A DNA stretch of 64,000 nt. It comes from an uncultured Bacteroidales bacterium (GTDB lineage: Bacteria; Bacteroidota; Bacteroidia; Bacteroidales; Paludibacteraceae). Positions 63,653 through 64,000 of the stretch are shown here, one piece after another (within the stretch, counting starts at the first letter, position 1; every line of letters starts with the position of its first letter). The translations under genes were made by a program, and so were the position numbers. The notes under the pieces are model-generated. The model was not told where the DNA came from, ran no database searches, and worked only from the letters and a program-made list of their open reading frames with translations. The stretch covers positions 1,414-65,413 of the forward strand of contig ONUF01000015.1 in the NCBI GenBank assembly GCA_900321005.1. The letters run 5' to 3'.

Positions 63653-64000
63653 TTATTCAGCTGCTTTCTCTTCTGCTGCGGGAGCTTCGGGAGCGGGCTC
63701 AGCAACTACCTGTGCTTCCTCAACGGCCTCTTTAACGGCTTTCTTGCCGGCGCGGCGGGTAGCTTTCTTGGTAGATTTCTTAGACTGACTCAGCATGTTC
63801 TCGTTGTAATCTACGAGTTCGATGATCGCCATCTCAGCAGCGTCGCCGAGACGGAAACCGGTGCGGAGGATACGGGTGTAACCACCGGGACGGTTAGCGA
63901 TCTTCTCACCTACGTTCTGGAAGAGTTCGGTAACGACCTCTTTCTGCTTGAGGAGGGAGAAAGCCAGACGGCGGTTGTTCATGTTATCCTCTTTGGCACG
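63653..64000 (-). CDS. rplQ: 50S ribosomal protein L17, partial (5' end beyond the window end)
   Basis: [33 protein letters not shown] is the conserved L17 core. The Met at 63982 is internal and the frame stays open to the window edge. The C-terminal tail is Lys/Ala/Glu-rich. Confidence 0.85.
   Translation of the reverse strand, partial: RAKEDNMNNRRLAFSLLKQKEVVTELFQNVGEKIANRPGGYTRILRTGFRLGDAAEMAIIELVDYNENMLSQSKKSTKKATRRAGKKAVKEAVEEAQVVAEPAPEAPAAEEKAAE

Overview
This 64-kb chromosomal segment reads as Bacteroidota, probably Bacteroidales. The evidence is a SusC/SusD pair, a GldD-like lipoprotein, T9SS-like C-terminal tails, TAnnTTTG -7 promoter boxes ahead of most transcription units, and no Shine-Dalgarno sequences. 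I count about 55 protein-coding genes and one tRNA-Arg(TCT). There is no rRNA, no CRISPR and no transposase; the only recombinase looks like housekeeping XerD. Core content on the minus strand is an operon of gldD-like, GGGP-synthase::TadA fusion, 7TM-HD protein, dusB and a transporter. Other core genes are a glycogen cluster (manC-like, debranching enzyme, GT4, GH57, porin) with a separate glgP, then clpC-trxA, rpoD, RNase II/R-like, panD, tgt, lptF/G, ddl, a polyprenyl synthase, pgk, recO, rpmH-rbfA-lolE, xerD, a SusC/SusD/lipoprotein locus, an archaeal-type aspS, and a partial rplQ. An accessory island at about 24.2-36.2 kb carries a HEPN/nucleotidyltransferase pair and a 2459-aa InlB-B-repeat surface protein. 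It also carries a 128-aa protein with a tripartite C-terminal sorting signal, two paralogous ParE/RelE-like two-gene cassettes that bracket the giant gene, and an Arch_ATPase/DUF234-type ATPase. Two sequence-level phenomena are the most unusual things I see. (1) A family of 129-150 bp hairpin-ended elements sits on GATAAA directly after stop codons, with covarying stems and an apparently empty paralogous site. (2) Recurrent families of 7-nt-period, stop-codon-rich tandem arrays form whole intercistronic spacers, and they also occur in frame inside five unrelated CDSs. All protein calls come from reading the translations against remembered family motifs. No database search was run.
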